Shown here one piece after another: positions 29,933 through 40,593 of a DNA stretch of 64,000 bases (position 1 is its first letter; every line of letters starts with the position of its first letter). The stretch comes from an uncultured Nitrososphaeria archaeon. GTDB taxonomy: Archaea > Thermoproteota > Nitrososphaeria > Geothermarchaeales > JDFR-13. The notes under the pieces are model-generated. The model had not been told where the DNA came from and searched no databases. It saw only the letters and a list, made by a program, of their open reading frames with translations. The stretch covers positions 7,590 through 71,589 of the forward strand of contig CAYTHX010000008.1 of the NCBI GenBank assembly GCA_964437705.1, given 5' to 3'. The translations under genes and the position numbers were made by a program.

Positions 29933-30991
29933 TTGATTAATTTCGAGGAAAAAATTCAGCTTCAATTTCTTGTAAATGGTGAAATTTTATTAGATGAGGA
30001 GAGAGCAAAGCTTCTTCTTCTAATAAAAAAATTAGGTAGTATTTTGTCAGCTGCTAAGTCATTAAGTATTCCGTATACACGTGCTTGGGAACATATTATG
30101 AAAATGGAGAGAATTGCTGGTACACGCATACTTGAGGTAAAACGTGGTGGTAAGGGTGGAGGAGGAGCGAAACTAACGAGTGAAGGCCTAAAGTTATTAA
30201 ATATGTATCTTAGGAGTTATAAAAACGTATTTAATCGAGATTTAGGTATACCTGAAAAGCTAGAATTTGAAAAAGTTACTCATATATATGCTGGTAGTGA
30301 CGATATCCTATTAAAACATATCTTTAATATCCTTAGGAAGAAAGGTTATAAGCTAGAGAGTTATATAATCGGCTCAATAAAAGGTTTAGCATCCATTCTA
30401 CTTGATGAAGCGGAGTTAGCTGGTATACACTTACTAGACCCAGATACTGGAAGGTATAATACTTCATATATAAAGAGGTACTCTGCTGGCGTAGACTTAA
30501 TTCTCATTAGAGGCTATAAAAGGTTACAAGGATTCGTAACTAGAGAGAAGTTCGAGTACACAGATATAATTGACGGATTACTAAATGGAAAATTAAGATT
30601 TGTAAATAGGAATCCTGGCTCGGGAACGAGGATACTTGTAGATCATATATTTAATCAAATACTTAAGGATAGGGGTATAGAAGCCAAACCAGAAAATATT
30701 ATTATTGGATATAGAGAATCTGTTAATACGCATCTTGAGGTAGCATCAACAGTAGCTGAGGGTAAGGCGGATGTAGGTATATGTATAGCTCCATGCGCAG
30801 AGTATTTTAATCTCAACTTTATACCTGTCAAGTGGGAAAACTTTGATTTTATCATAAGATCGGAAGACCTAGAAAAACCGATAATTAGGAAGTTTATAGA
30901 GGTCTTGAAAAGTGAGGAAGTTAAAAATTATGTGAGTAGCTTATCTGGTTATGAGTTGCATGAAGATACCGGAAATGTAATTAAGATATAA
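29933..30991 (+). CDS. ModE-like wHTH regulator fused to a PBP-type molybdate/tungstate-binding domain
   Basis: GSILSAAK...YTRAW...RGGKGGGGAKLT; GIHLLD, NRNPGSGTR; adjacent to wtpABC. Confidence 0.9.
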   Translation: MINFEEKIQLQFLVNGEILLDEERAKLLLLIKKLGSILSAAKSLSIPYTRAWEHIMKMERIAGTRILEVKRGGKGGGGAKLTSEGLKLLNMYLRSYKNVFNRDLGIPEKLEFEKVTHIYAGSDDILLKHIFNILRKKGYKLESYIIGSIKGLASILLDEAELAGIHLLDPDTGRYNTSYIKRYSAGVDLILIRGYKRLQGFVTREKFEYTDIIDGLLNGKLRFVNRNPGSGTRILVDHIFNQILKDRGIEAKPENIIIGYRESVNTHLEVASTVAEGKADVGICIAPCAEYFNLNFIPVKWENFDFIIRSEDLEKPIIRKFIEVLKSEEVKNYVSSLSGYELHEDTGNVIKI

Positions 30992-30998
30992 ACTATAT

Positions 30999-31036
30999 AT
31001 GTTATTCCTTATTGGTTTTCCAATAACGAATAATAT
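30999..31036. promoter_or_regulatory. Long inverted repeat upstream of wtpA (candidate operator)
   Basis: TTATTCCTTATTGG-TTTT-CCAATAACGAATAA, 13 of 14 pairs, ending about 10 bp before the ATG. Confidence 0.65.
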
Positions 31037-31042
31037 TTTGAA

Positions 31043-32065
31043 ATGAAGAGAAGGAATATAATAATAGTTATCGTAGCAATTGCTATAATACTTCTTGCCG
31101 GATATTTTACTACACAATATTTCCTCCAACCAAAAGTGACTCTAAAAGTCTTCTGCGCTGGATCTCTAAAGATCCCACTTGATCAGCTAGCAAGCATCTA
31201 TGAGGAAAAATATGATGTTAAAGTCGAGATTGAGGCTAGTGGAAGTGTTGAAGCCGCTAGAAAGGTTATCGATTTAGGAAAACCGTGCGATGTACTGGCT
31301 GTAGCTGACTATAGACTATTTGAACAGTACATGTATCCAGAACATACAGAGTGGTATGCGGCTTTCGCGTCAAATGAAGTTGTATTAGCATTTACAAGTA
31401 ACTCTAAATATGCTGACTATATAATTAAGAATCCAGATAAATGGTATGAAGTACTAGCTAAGAAAGATGTTAAGTTTGGATTTTCAGATCCAAATAAAGA
31501 TCCATGTGGATACAGAGCTGTAGGCGTAATTGCTTTAGCATCAATATATTATAACAATGAAAGTATTCTAAAAGATCTCATTCTTTCAAAAACTAATATT
31601 GAAGCATCGGTCAGCGCGTCAAAAATAGATGTTTATGTTCCGGCATCACTTGAAAAGCATGCTAGGGATTTAGAGATAAGATCTAAAAGTGTAGACCTAA
31701 TTGCGTTATTAGAAGCAGGGTCCTTAGACTATGCATTTGAATATAAAAGCGTAGCTAAGCAACATAATTTATTATATATTGAGCTTCCAGAAAAAATAAA
31801 TCTTAAGAATCCAGGATACGACGACTTCTATTCAAAAGTTACAGTTCACATTTTAGTTGGTAGCGAAAGGGAAGCAAGTATGACGATGAAGTCCATAGTA
31901 TACGGTGTAACTATTCCTAAGTGTGCTAAGCACTTAAAAGAAGCAATTGAGTTTGTAAAGTTATTACTTAGTGAGGTTGGACGGGATGTATTTAGTAGAA
32001 ATGGTCAAGATTTTCTAGAGAAACCCATATTTTATGGTAATGCTCCAAGTGAGATTAAGGGATGA
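31043..32065 (+). CDS. wtpA: Tungstate/molybdate ABC binding protein
   Basis: AGSL, GSV, SDPNKDPCGYR, DYAFEYKSVA, IVYGVTIP. Confidence 0.93.
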   Translation: MKRRNIIIVIVAIAIILLAGYFTTQYFLQPKVTLKVFCAGSLKIPLDQLASIYEEKYDVKVEIEASGSVEAARKVIDLGKPCDVLAVADYRLFEQYMYPEHTEWYAAFASNEVVLAFTSNSKYADYIIKNPDKWYEVLAKKDVKFGFSDPNKDPCGYRAVGVIALASIYYNNESILKDLILSKTNIEASVSASKIDVYVPASLEKHARDLEIRSKSVDLIALLEAGSLDYAFEYKSVAKQHNLLYIELPEKINLKNPGYDDFYSKVTVHILVGSEREASMTMKSIVYGVTIPKCAKHLKEAIEFVKLLLSEVGRDVFSRNGQDFLEKPIFYGNAPSEIKG

Positions 32066-32853
32066 ACAGAGTAAGTGCAGAAAAATTCCTAATCTTACTT
32101 TATGGTATATCGTCACTAGCAATACTCCTTATACTGCTCCCTATAATTGCTTTATACCTAATGGGTGATCCAGAAACATTTTATAAAGTTTTATTTCAGG
32201 ATCCAATATTATCTAAGGAGGCTTGGTCAGCATTATTCTTAACATTCGAAATTTCAATACTGTCAACAATTATATTATTGATTATAGGTATTCCGATTGG
32301 ATATATTCTAGCTAGATTTGACTTTAGAGGTAAAAGTATTCTTGAAGCAATAATTGATATCCCATTATTAACTCCACATATAATCGCTGGAATAATGGTA
32401 ATATCGGCATTTGGAAGAAATGGAATAGTAAATAGAATTTTGATGGGGCGATATTTCTCAGTAGAGGATGATGTATTAGGGATTCTTCTTGCAATGATGT
32501 TTGTCTCAATACCAATAATGATTGATACAATAAAAGTTGGTTTTGCTTCTGTAGATAGAAATCTTGAGCTTGTTGCTAGGTCTTTAGGAGTAAGTTTACA
32601 TAGAGTATTTTTGTCAATAACCTTACCACTATCAGCTAGGAGTATAATAGCTGGTTGTGTGTTGTCGTGGGCTAGAGCTGTAAGTGAAGTTGGAGCAATA
32701 TTAATAGTTGCTTATCACCCAAAGACAATAAATGTACTTATTTATGAGTGGTATACTACATATGGTCTAAAATATGCAGTAACTCTATCCATACTATTAC
32801 TATCGATATTTATAGTGATATTTGCAGCTATATGGGTGATCTATAAAAAATGA
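32062..32853 (+). CDS. wtpB: Tungstate ABC permease
   Basis: IIDIP, VARSLG, WARAVSEVGA. Confidence 0.9.
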   Translation: MNRVSAEKFLILLYGISSLAILLILLPIIALYLMGDPETFYKVLFQDPILSKEAWSALFLTFEISILSTIILLIIGIPIGYILARFDFRGKSILEAIIDIPLLTPHIIAGIMVISAFGRNGIVNRILMGRYFSVEDDVLGILLAMMFVSIPIMIDTIKVGFASVDRNLELVARSLGVSLHRVFLSITLPLSARSIIAGCVLSWARAVSEVGAILIVAYHPKTINVLIYEWYTTYGLKYAVTLSILLLSIFIVIFAAIWVIYKK

Positions 32854-33569
32854 TTAAAATTAGAGATCTTGTAGTTATACTTGGCGATTTTAAGCTTGAA
32901 ATTCCTAGCCTAGATATTAGAGATCAAGAATATCTGGTTGTTATGGGTCCAAGCGGAGTTGGGAAAACAGTTTTTCTATATACATTAGCTGGCTTCATAA
33001 AGCCAATAAAGGGTAGAATCTTAGTCAATGATGTAGATATAACGGATACAGAGCCTGAAGAGAGGTGCTTTCCAATTATACCTGAGGAGTATTGCTTATT
33101 TCCACATATGACTGTCTATGAAAATATAGCATTTGGATTAAAATTTAGAGGAGTTAACTATGATAAAGCTAATGATAAAGTTAGAGAGATAGCCAATATT
33201 CTTGAAATTAATAACCTCCTTAATAGATATCCAGAATCGTTAAGTGCTGGTGAAAAGCAAAGAGTAGCTATTGCAAGAGCGCTAGTAGTAAATCCAAATG
33301 TTATCCTACTCGATGAACCACTACGTAACCTCGATCCAAGACTACATAGTAAAGCTAGGGAATTCCTAAAAAACCTACATAAAAAACTTCGTTTTACAGC
33401 TATACACGTCACACACGATATAGTTGAAGCAATAACATTAGGTGATAGAATTGCATATATGGAAAAGGGAAAACTTCTTGGAGTATATGAGCCACATAAA
33501 TTTATAGAGTCTCAGTATGGAAAGCTATATATTGAAGCACTAAAACCAGTAATAAAATACTTAGGATAA
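32850..33569 (+). CDS. wtpC: Tungstate ABC ATPase
   Basis: GPSGVGKT, LSAGEKQR, LLDEP, VTHD. Confidence 0.88.
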   Translation: MIKIRDLVVILGDFKLEIPSLDIRDQEYLVVMGPSGVGKTVFLYTLAGFIKPIKGRILVNDVDITDTEPEERCFPIIPEEYCLFPHMTVYENIAFGLKFRGVNYDKANDKVREIANILEINNLLNRYPESLSAGEKQRVAIARALVVNPNVILLDEPLRNLDPRLHSKAREFLKNLHKKLRFTAIHVTHDIVEAITLGDRIAYMEKGKLLGVYEPHKFIESQYGKLYIEALKPVIKYLG

Positions 33570-33609
33570 CACGACACAACTAAGCTTCTTAATAAAAGAA
33601 AAAAGCTAA

Positions 33610-33673
33610 AAGTCAGCTAGGGTGATATTCATCATACTTCCAAATCCTCAGGTAGCCGATCCCTCATCATCCA
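33610..33673 (-). ncRNA. Box C/D guide sRNA
   Basis: Minus strand reads ATGATGA, 12 nt, CTGA, 12 nt, ATGATGA, 12 nt, CTGA (C, D', C', D) in an intergenic gap. Confidence 0.88.
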
Positions 33674-33717
33674 AAAATATTTCTTTAACTATTTAGTATT
33701 TTTATTCTTGAAATTTA

Positions 33718-33755
33718 ACTTACGGGGTGTTAGGTTACTTACGGGGTGTTAGGTT
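33718..33755 (+). repeat. Perfect tandem 19-mer ACTTACGGGGTGTTAGGTT x2 abutting the ATPase start codon
   Basis: Copies at 33718-33736 and 33737-33755; ATG at 33756. Confidence 0.9.
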
Positions 33756-34880
33756 ATGTATTTCGATATCAAACCAAAAGAAAAAAGGGAGGATTTATTT
33801 GATAGAGAGGAAGAATTAAATAAACTTATCAAGTATATAAATGTAGGTTCGAGAGTTATTATTTTAACTGGATTTAGGAGAAGTGGAAAAACTTCCCTTT
33901 TAAAAGTTGGTCTTAACCTTCTTAATAAACCATATATTCTGGTTGATGCTAGAGGAATCTCTATTAATCCTTCCTTAAGAGATCTATACATACTACTTGA
34001 AAGTGGAATTAATGACTTAATTAATAGAAGTAAGCATTTAGTGGAGAAGCTATTAAGTTCTCTAAGTATGGTTAATGGTATCTCTATACATGGTTTATCT
34101 GTTTACTTTAAATGGCGTGGTAAGAATAAGCTTCTTCTTCACCAACTTTTTGATAATCTAAATTATTTTGCAGAAATGAAAATTAAGGATAAGGTAATTA
34201 TTGCATTTGATGAGGCACAATACCTAAAGGGTGTAATAGGAAAATACTTGTTATCAGCTATAGCACATGCATATGATTATAACGAAAACTTAATTTTCAT
34301 CTTTACAGGTTCTCAAGTTGGTTTACTACATGATTTCTTAGGTGTAGATAATCCAAAATCCTATCTTTATGGGAGACATATGTCAGAAATAAAGTTAGGG
34401 AATTTTAGTAAGAATTTGTCACTCGAGTTTCTACGTGAAGGATTTAAGCAAATAAATCTAGAAGTTTCCGAAGAAATTCTTGAATACGCATATAATTGTT
34501 TAGATGGAATTGTAGGTTGGTTAACTGAATTTGGATATAGAGCATATGAAGCGGGAAATGTAAGTAAGGAAATTGTTGATCAAGTTGTGGAGATCGGTGC
34601 GAAACTAGTAAGAGAAGAATTTCAAAAGTTTATTGAATATAGAGGGGAAGCAAGAAGTAGGTATGAAGCAATATTAAAAGCAATAGCGATAGGTAAAAAC
34701 ACGTGGAGCCAAATTAAGCAATATCTAGAGGAGATCGAAGGTTCTCATATTCCAGATATATCTCTAAAGCGGTTACTCGATACACTAATAAAAGCATCAT
34801 ATATAGAGAAGCAAGTTGATGGAAGAAATATAACATATAAAATAACAGATCCACTATTAAGGGAAACATATAAAATTTAA
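33756..34880 (+). CDS. Archaeal AAA-type ATPase with C-terminal wHTH
   Basis: LFDREEEL, GFRRSGKTS, FDEAQ, TGSQVG, YLYGR, YKITDP. Confidence 0.9.
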   Translation: MYFDIKPKEKREDLFDREEELNKLIKYINVGSRVIILTGFRRSGKTSLLKVGLNLLNKPYILVDARGISINPSLRDLYILLESGINDLINRSKHLVEKLLSSLSMVNGISIHGLSVYFKWRGKNKLLLHQLFDNLNYFAEMKIKDKVIIAFDEAQYLKGVIGKYLLSAIAHAYDYNENLIFIFTGSQVGLLHDFLGVDNPKSYLYGRHMSEIKLGNFSKNLSLEFLREGFKQINLEVSEEILEYAYNCLDGIVGWLTEFGYRAYEAGNVSKEIVDQVVEIGAKLVREEFQKFIEYRGEARSRYEAILKAIAIGKNTWSQIKQYLEEIEGSHIPDISLKRLLDTLIKASYIEKQVDGRNITYKITDPLLRETYKI

Positions 34881-34881
34881 T

Positions 34882-35400
34882 TTACTCATGTAAGAATTCT
34901 ATATAGTAAAATAATGTTGCTATAGTTTTTGCATCTCTAATTAACTTCTCTCTTATCATTCTTGGAATCTCATCAATAGGTACGAATGTAAGGTTTATTA
35001 CTTCAGTTTCATCCAACTTCTGCCCTACATACTCTAGATCCTCAGCAAGATATACATGCATATACTCAGTTGAATAACCTGGGGAGAGATACATCTCAAA
35101 CATCTTAATCAACTTATTCGCTTTATACCCAGTTTCCTCAATCAACTCTCTATAAGCACAACTCCTAGGATCTTCACCTGGATTAAGAGTACCTGCTGGT
35201 AACTCAAGAATCCACTCCTCAATTACATGCCTATACTGATTAAGCAGTATAATTTTATCATCAATAATCGGTAGTATAACTACTGAACCAGGGTGATCAA
35301 CATATTCCCTAAAAACCCTTCTACCATCAGGAGAATCAAGATAACCGCACTTAAAACTAAATTTCTTACCTTTATAAATACACGTTTCCTCCTGAGGCAT
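34882..35400 (-). CDS. Nudix hydrolase, ADP-ribose pyrophosphatase-like
   Basis: QYR, ELPAG, RELIEETG, SPG, DAKT. Confidence 0.9.
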   Translation of the reverse strand: MPQEETCIYKGKKFSFKCGYLDSPDGRRVFREYVDHPGSVVILPIIDDKIILLNQYRHVIEEWILELPAGTLNPGEDPRSCAYRELIEETGYKANKLIKMFEMYLSPGYSTEYMHVYLAEDLEYVGQKLDETEVINLTFVPIDEIPRMIREKLIRDAKTIATLFYYIEFLHE

Positions 35401-35619
35401 ATAATGACTATATCCATATGCTCTAAAATATATTTACTATAAAATATAATACTATCTACTCAAGAATATGCCAAATATTCACTGCTTTATCTACTTTTTA
35501 TCTAACTAAGTTTAAAGAACTAAACCATAATTACTCCTCGAGTTTATTAATTAACTCTCTAACAACGCTATTTAAATCATCACTTACTATATACAAATTA
35601 TGCTTCAAGTAAGGAGTAG

Positions 35620-36087
35620 TTAATATACATCTATGTACATATTTCTAGTTCTACAATACTTATTAACTACATTTAGAATTAACTGAGGTGTTCCATAATT
35701 AACTAATAAATTGCTAGAGTAGTATATCTTTCCATCCCCCTTTCTCGTTACCGTTACAATAATCCATTTACCTAATGTTGGATCCCTAAACTGAATTAAT
35801 GTATACTCTTCCTCATTAGATGGAAGTGTAATGTTAGATTGTTTCTGTGTATAGAAGTTATATATATCTATAGCTATATAATTAACTAACTTCTCTATTT
35901 CACTAAATAGGTTTTTATACTTACTGAGCTCTGGTATTCTTTGAATACTTGCTAAAATGTGTTTGACCGCATTTATAAATCCTTTAATACTCAACATTTC
36001 AATATTTTCAGAGAAATCTTCACTCAAAAAGTGGATTACATACATTAGGCTTTGTGCCCTACTTCTATAATACATTCTCCACCTCAA
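35620..36087 (-). CDS. Hypothetical protein
   Basis: 155-aa ORF co-oriented with neighbours; no motif recognised. Confidence 0.6.
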   Translation of the reverse strand: MRWRMYYRSRAQSLMYVIHFLSEDFSENIEMLSIKGFINAVKHILASIQRIPELSKYKNLFSEIEKLVNYIAIDIYNFYTQKQSNITLPSNEEEYTLIQFRDPTLGKWIIVTVTRKGDGKIYYSSNLLVNYGTPQLILNVVNKYCRTRNMYIDVY

Positions 36088-36202
36088 ACAATATCATTAT
36101 CACTTAATAAATCTACTATTAATACACTTTAGAATAAAAGCCTAATTTAAAAAATTAGGAAAATGAGGGTTGTTAGGGCGTAAAGTTACTTTAGATCATG
36201 TA

Positions 36203-37837
36203 TTAAGATAAACCTGGATACCTAGGTCCACTTTCCCTTTCTTTAGTCTTTAGTCTTGAAGCTGATATAATATCATCTATTCTTAGAATCATGCATGAAG
36301 CTTCTGTTGCAGCTTTTATCATCTGTTCTTTGACAATCGCTGGTTCTATAATTTCCTCTTTCATCATATCCGCTACTTTACCATTGAATAAATTGATGCC
36401 ATACCAAATCATACCTTGCTTATGCTTCGATCTAAGTTCAGTAGCGATATCTATAGTATCCAAACCTGCATTCTCCGCTAAAGTTAATGGAATCACCTCT
36501 AAAGCTTCTGCAAATTTTACTGCTGCTAACTGCTCCCTGCTTGGTAGGGTTGATGACCAATCTCTAACTCTTAAAGCCAATTCTACTTCTATAGCTCCTC
36601 CACCAACAACAATCTTAGGCTTTATCAATACATCTCGAACTACACACAATGCATCATGAATAGATCTCTCAACTTCGTCTATGATACGCTCGCCACCACC
36701 CCTAACCAATATAGATACGCTTCTTGGATCCTTGCAACCTTCGATAAATACCATTTTATCATCTCCAATTTTTCTTTCCTCAACCAGCTTAGCTTCACCT
36801 AAGTCTGTCTCAGTTAAATCCTCAAGGTTTGATATTATCCTTGCCCCAGTAGCTTTACTTAGCTTATCCATATCAGACTGCTTTACTCTCCTAACAGCTA
36901 ATACACCAGCCTTAGCTAGATAAAATTGGGCTATATCATCAATTCCCTTTTGGCAAAATACGACATTAGCACCGATACTTATGATCTTATCAACCATTTC
37001 CTTAAGCATCTCCCTCTCTTCTCTTAGGAATGCACTTAGCATCTCTGGATTATCAATTCTAATTCTAGCATCAAACTCTGTCTTCTTAATTTCTAAAGGC
37101 ATATTTAGTAATGCAATTTTTGCATTTTCAATTCTCTTTGGCATAGCTGGATGTACAACTTCCTTATCAAGAACTATACCGTTAATAAGCGTAGTATCCT
37201 TTATGCTACCACCATGTTTCTTCTCAACTTTAATATCATCTAAATCGATAACTACTTTCCCACTCACATCACGTTTTACAGATAAAACCGCTTTAACGGC
37301 GATCTCAGCAAGCATATCGCTATAACCACTTACAAGTTTTGACCGCATAGAAGTTAATGCTACTTTCTTAAGCTTATTAACATCATTAACATCAATGTCT
37401 ACAGCAATATCATATAGAAATTCTACAGCTTTTTCACAAGCTTTTTTATAACCTTCAACTATTATAGACGGATGTAAGCCTTTATCCATAAGTCCTTCAG
37501 CATTCTCTAACAGTTTCCCAGCTAGTACTACAACTGAAGTTGTTCCATCACCAACCTCCGCATCCTGAACCTTAGCAACTTCAACTAAAATTTTTGCTGC
37601 AGGATGTTCAATATCCATTTTCTTTAAAATAGTTACTCCATCATTTGTAATTGTAACATCACCGATAGAGTCAACAAGCATTTTGTCCATACCTCTAGGT
37701 CCAAGCGAAGACCTTAACATATCAGCTACAAGCTTTGCCGCCTTAATATTATTGTACATTGCTTCTCTGCCCTTAGCTCGGGTAGAACCCTCTTTTAAAA
37801 TTAAAACAGGTACACCCTGACCATGATATGCCAACAC
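36203..37837 (-). CDS. ths: Thermosome (group II chaperonin) subunit
   Basis: [33 protein letters not shown]. Confidence 0.97.
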   Translation of the reverse strand: MLAYHGQGVPVLILKEGSTRAKGREAMYNNIKAAKLVADMLRSSLGPRGMDKMLVDSIGDVTITNDGVTILKKMDIEHPAAKILVEVAKVQDAEVGDGTTSVVVLAGKLLENAEGLMDKGLHPSIIVEGYKKACEKAVEFLYDIAVDIDVNDVNKLKKVALTSMRSKLVSGYSDMLAEIAVKAVLSVKRDVSGKVVIDLDDIKVEKKHGGSIKDTTLINGIVLDKEVVHPAMPKRIENAKIALLNMPLEIKKTEFDARIRIDNPEMLSAFLREEREMLKEMVDKIISIGANVVFCQKGIDDIAQFYLAKAGVLAVRRVKQSDMDKLSKATGARIISNLEDLTETDLGEAKLVEERKIGDDKMVFIEGCKDPRSVSILVRGGGERIIDEVERSIHDALCVVRDVLIKPKIVVGGGAIEVELALRVRDWSSTLPSREQLAAVKFAEALEVIPLTLAENAGLDTIDIATELRSKHKQGMIWYGINLFNGKVADMMKEEIIEPAIVKEQMIKAATEASCMILRIDDIISASRLKTKERESGPRYPGLS

Positions 37838-38033
37838 TCACCACCTCAAAACAAAAATATACATATAAACACACAACAAATAAATAGCTCTAAATAAATA
37901 CTTTGATTATAAAATTCTTCATCACATAATAACAATATAATAATTAAAGATATCTTAAACATAGAAAAAGTCTACAATAAACTATGAGAAGTTAGGAAGA
38001 GCTTATGTAACCGATATATTAAACTTTGTCTAA

Positions 38034-38603
38034 TTAAGTATGTTTCTTTCTCAGGAACGGTATTAAAAATGGAGTTTTTCTCTTATATCTAATATACTCA
38101 TCTCCGAATTTTACCTCAAGTCTTTTTTCCTCTATAAATTTAAGGTATAATGTAACTACTAATGTAAAAATTGGTATTATTATAATTAAGGTTGTAGTAG
38201 ATCTAAATAGTATTGATATGCCTATATAGTAAATGATTGTACCTAATGTCATCGGGTTTCTACAATATTTATATGGCCCATTAGTAGCAAGTTTCTGAGT
38301 AGGTACTATCGGTACAGGAGAACCCTTACCTACAACGTATAATGTATATGTACTCCAGAAAACTAGTATTAAACCGATAACTATAAATGCTATACTAAGT
38401 ACAAGTAAGAGAGGAGTTGCTAAAAACCAAAATAATGATATATAAATAATTATCTCTAGTAAATGTCCTAACTGTAGGAGGATTATAGGGATAATTACAA
38501 GGAATATTACTCCACCAATAAGTAATGATAAAATTCTCTTTAATTCACTTCTTTTAATTCTATGAAGACTGGTTAAGATATTTATGGCTGGATTGTCTTT
38601 CAT
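38034..38603 (-). CDS. ICMT/PEMT-family membrane methyltransferase
   Basis: GKGSPVP, GPYKYCRNPM, EEKRL..KFG.EY..YK. Confidence 0.85.
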   Translation of the reverse strand: MKDNPAINILTSLHRIKRSELKRILSLLIGGVIFLVIIPIILLQLGHLLEIIIYISLFWFLATPLLLVLSIAFIVIGLILVFWSTYTLYVVGKGSPVPIVPTQKLATNGPYKYCRNPMTLGTIIYYIGISILFRSTTTLIIIIPIFTLVVTLYLKFIEEKRLEVKFGDEYIRYKRKTPFLIPFLRKKHT

Positions 38604-38683
38604 TACTTAATCTAAATATCATCATCTTAGCTAGGAAAAATTAAAAATAATATTTATCACAGTGTTGAATTTCTTTTTAGCTG

Positions 38684-38905
38684 ATGTTTATTGGAGGATT
38701 AGTTATGAGTAGTGAATGGAGTGGATATAGTGGAGGATGGAGTGGAGGTAGAGGAAAAGGGAGGGGGAGAGGAGGAGGTTGGGGAAGAGGGCCGATGGGA
38801 TATTGTGTATGTATAAATTGTGGCTATAAAATACCTAAGCAACCAGGTGTTAGATGTAGAGATATGACTTGCCCGAGATGTGGCGGGAGAATGGTTAGAG
38901 AATAA
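38684..38905 (+). CDS. Small Gly/Arg-rich protein with two CxxC motifs
   Basis: GGRGKGRGRGGG then CINCG...PGVRC...CPRCG; probable start ATG at 38705. Confidence 0.8.
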   Translation: MFIGGLVMSSEWSGYSGGWSGGRGKGRGRGGGWGRGPMGYCVCINCGYKIPKQPGVRCRDMTCPRCGGRMVRE

Positions 38906-38907
38906 AT

Positions 38908-39900
38908 CTATGTAACATAATCAGGCCGTCCCTTCTCCCTAAGTTTTTTCATTACCTTCTCATACATGCTCTCGACGTATCCATGAATTATGTATAACTC
39001 GTTTGCTAACTTTATAATATGTTCAAAATTTTCAAGTTGATATCTCCATTTCTCAGGGATTTTTGCAGAGCCGTGAAGTGCGCCAGACCATGCACCAACT
39101 ATAGCAGCAATACTATCTGCATCACCACCTAAATTTACAGCATATATAACTGAGTCCTTAAATGAAGAGATATTCTTTAGAAATGCATAAAGAGCTATCG
39201 GTATCGTATTAAATACCTCAACACTATTACCAAGCCGTTTAACAATTTCTTCTTCAGATAAGTCTCTACCTAGAATCTCTTTCAAAATCTTAATTTTCTC
39301 GAGAAATATGTCTGATCTACAGGTTTTTACTGCTACATCAGTATATCTATTAGTGTCCTTACAGTTATCTATAGCTAATAGCAGTATATTCGTAAATATC
39401 TCGACAGCTTCTAATGCATACTTATGTGCATGGGTAATCATACATAGTTCATGCACATATTTTCTAAGGGTATCTCTATGCTTATGTAATAACAGCACTA
39501 ATGGTGTAGACCTAACTATACATCCATTACCATAAGAACCAGAACCAAAAAGTTTAGGCGAAATTTCCCGCCAATTCTTACCTCTCAAAATCTGCCTAAG
39601 TATATATAATGTTCCTGGACCATAACCTCTTTCAAAACTATGTTTCTCTGCTAACTTACGAGCTATATGATTAATATTGGTTCCTTCTTCAAGAAGAGCT
39701 TCGGCAACAGCAATCATCATTTCGGTATCATCCGTGAAGGATCCCTTTGGTAATCTACCATCAAGAAAATTAGAGACGATTCCATATCTATTTCTAATTT
39801 CCTTAATAGGTAATCCCTCTATAGGCATACCCAATGCATCGCCAACAGCAGCGCCTATCAGCGCTCCTTCAAATTTCTGCCTTAAATCTACACTTGCCAT
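38908..39900 (-). CDS. ADP-ribosylglycohydrolase
   Basis: AVGDALG, FTDDT, GNG, ITH, GGDADS. Confidence 0.93.
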   Translation of the reverse strand: MASVDLRQKFEGALIGAAVGDALGMPIEGLPIKEIRNRYGIVSNFLDGRLPKGSFTDDTEMMIAVAEALLEEGTNINHIARKLAEKHSFERGYGPGTLYILRQILRGKNWREISPKLFGSGSYGNGCIVRSTPLVLLLHKHRDTLRKYVHELCMITHAHKYALEAVEIFTNILLLAIDNCKDTNRYTDVAVKTCRSDIFLEKIKILKEILGRDLSEEEIVKRLGNSVEVFNTIPIALYAFLKNISSFKDSVIYAVNLGGDADSIAAIVGAWSGALHGSAKIPEKWRYQLENFEHIIKLANELYIIHGYVESMYEKVMKKLREKGRPDYVT

Positions 39901-39959
39901 ACCTACAAATCAATTTTAAGGAAATTAGAAAACAAAAACTTTTAATATACTTTACTAGG

Positions 39960-40469
39960 TTATCTTATAAATCTACCATCATCAGCAATAGTTTTCAATT
40001 TATGAACATTATTTGATAACCATCCAATCTTCTCCGCATCTCTAACGTCGAAGTGAGGAACATATGGCTTTATATCAAGAAGAGGAGTACCGTCTACAAT
40101 ATCTAAGTCTGAGACATAAAGCAAGTTTCCTTCTATACGTAATAATCTAACAACAGAAATTCCTATGGGATTGGGTCTAGATGGAGCACGAGTAGCAAAA
40201 ACACCATGTTCCTTATAATCCAAAAATGGCTTTATAACTAGCCTACATTTATCAACCATATGAAAATGATAAATTAGAAATATGTGTGAAAACCCATCTA
40301 GATCTTTCAATCCATCAACGTACTCAGGAAAAATCTCAACTACTCCTCTAACACCTTTAGCTGCAGGTGGCTGTATAGGTACTCCTTTCACATTCTCAAA
40401 TGAAGAATGTATAATCCCGATTGGTCTGTAAATAATAATAATACTACTCATATTTACCATCCTATTCAC
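39960..40469 (-). CDS. tsaA: tRNA m6t6A37 methyltransferase TrmO/TsaA
   Basis: GVFATRAPSRPNPIG, DGTPLLDIKPY. Confidence 0.93.
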   Translation of the reverse strand: MNRMVNMSSIIIIYRPIGIIHSSFENVKGVPIQPPAAKGVRGVVEIFPEYVDGLKDLDGFSHIFLIYHFHMVDKCRLVIKPFLDYKEHGVFATRAPSRPNPIGISVVRLLRIEGNLLYVSDLDIVDGTPLLDIKPYVPHFDVRDAEKIGWLSNNVHKLKTIADDGRFIR

Positions 40470-40593
40470 TAAAAATCATCGACTAACTAATAACCAATAA
40501 TTAAGTAAATTCTATTAAAAAGTTTACTGTCTAAATATCACAGCTGCTGATAACTTCTCCTAAATTATTTAACTATACAGATTTATGGACTAT

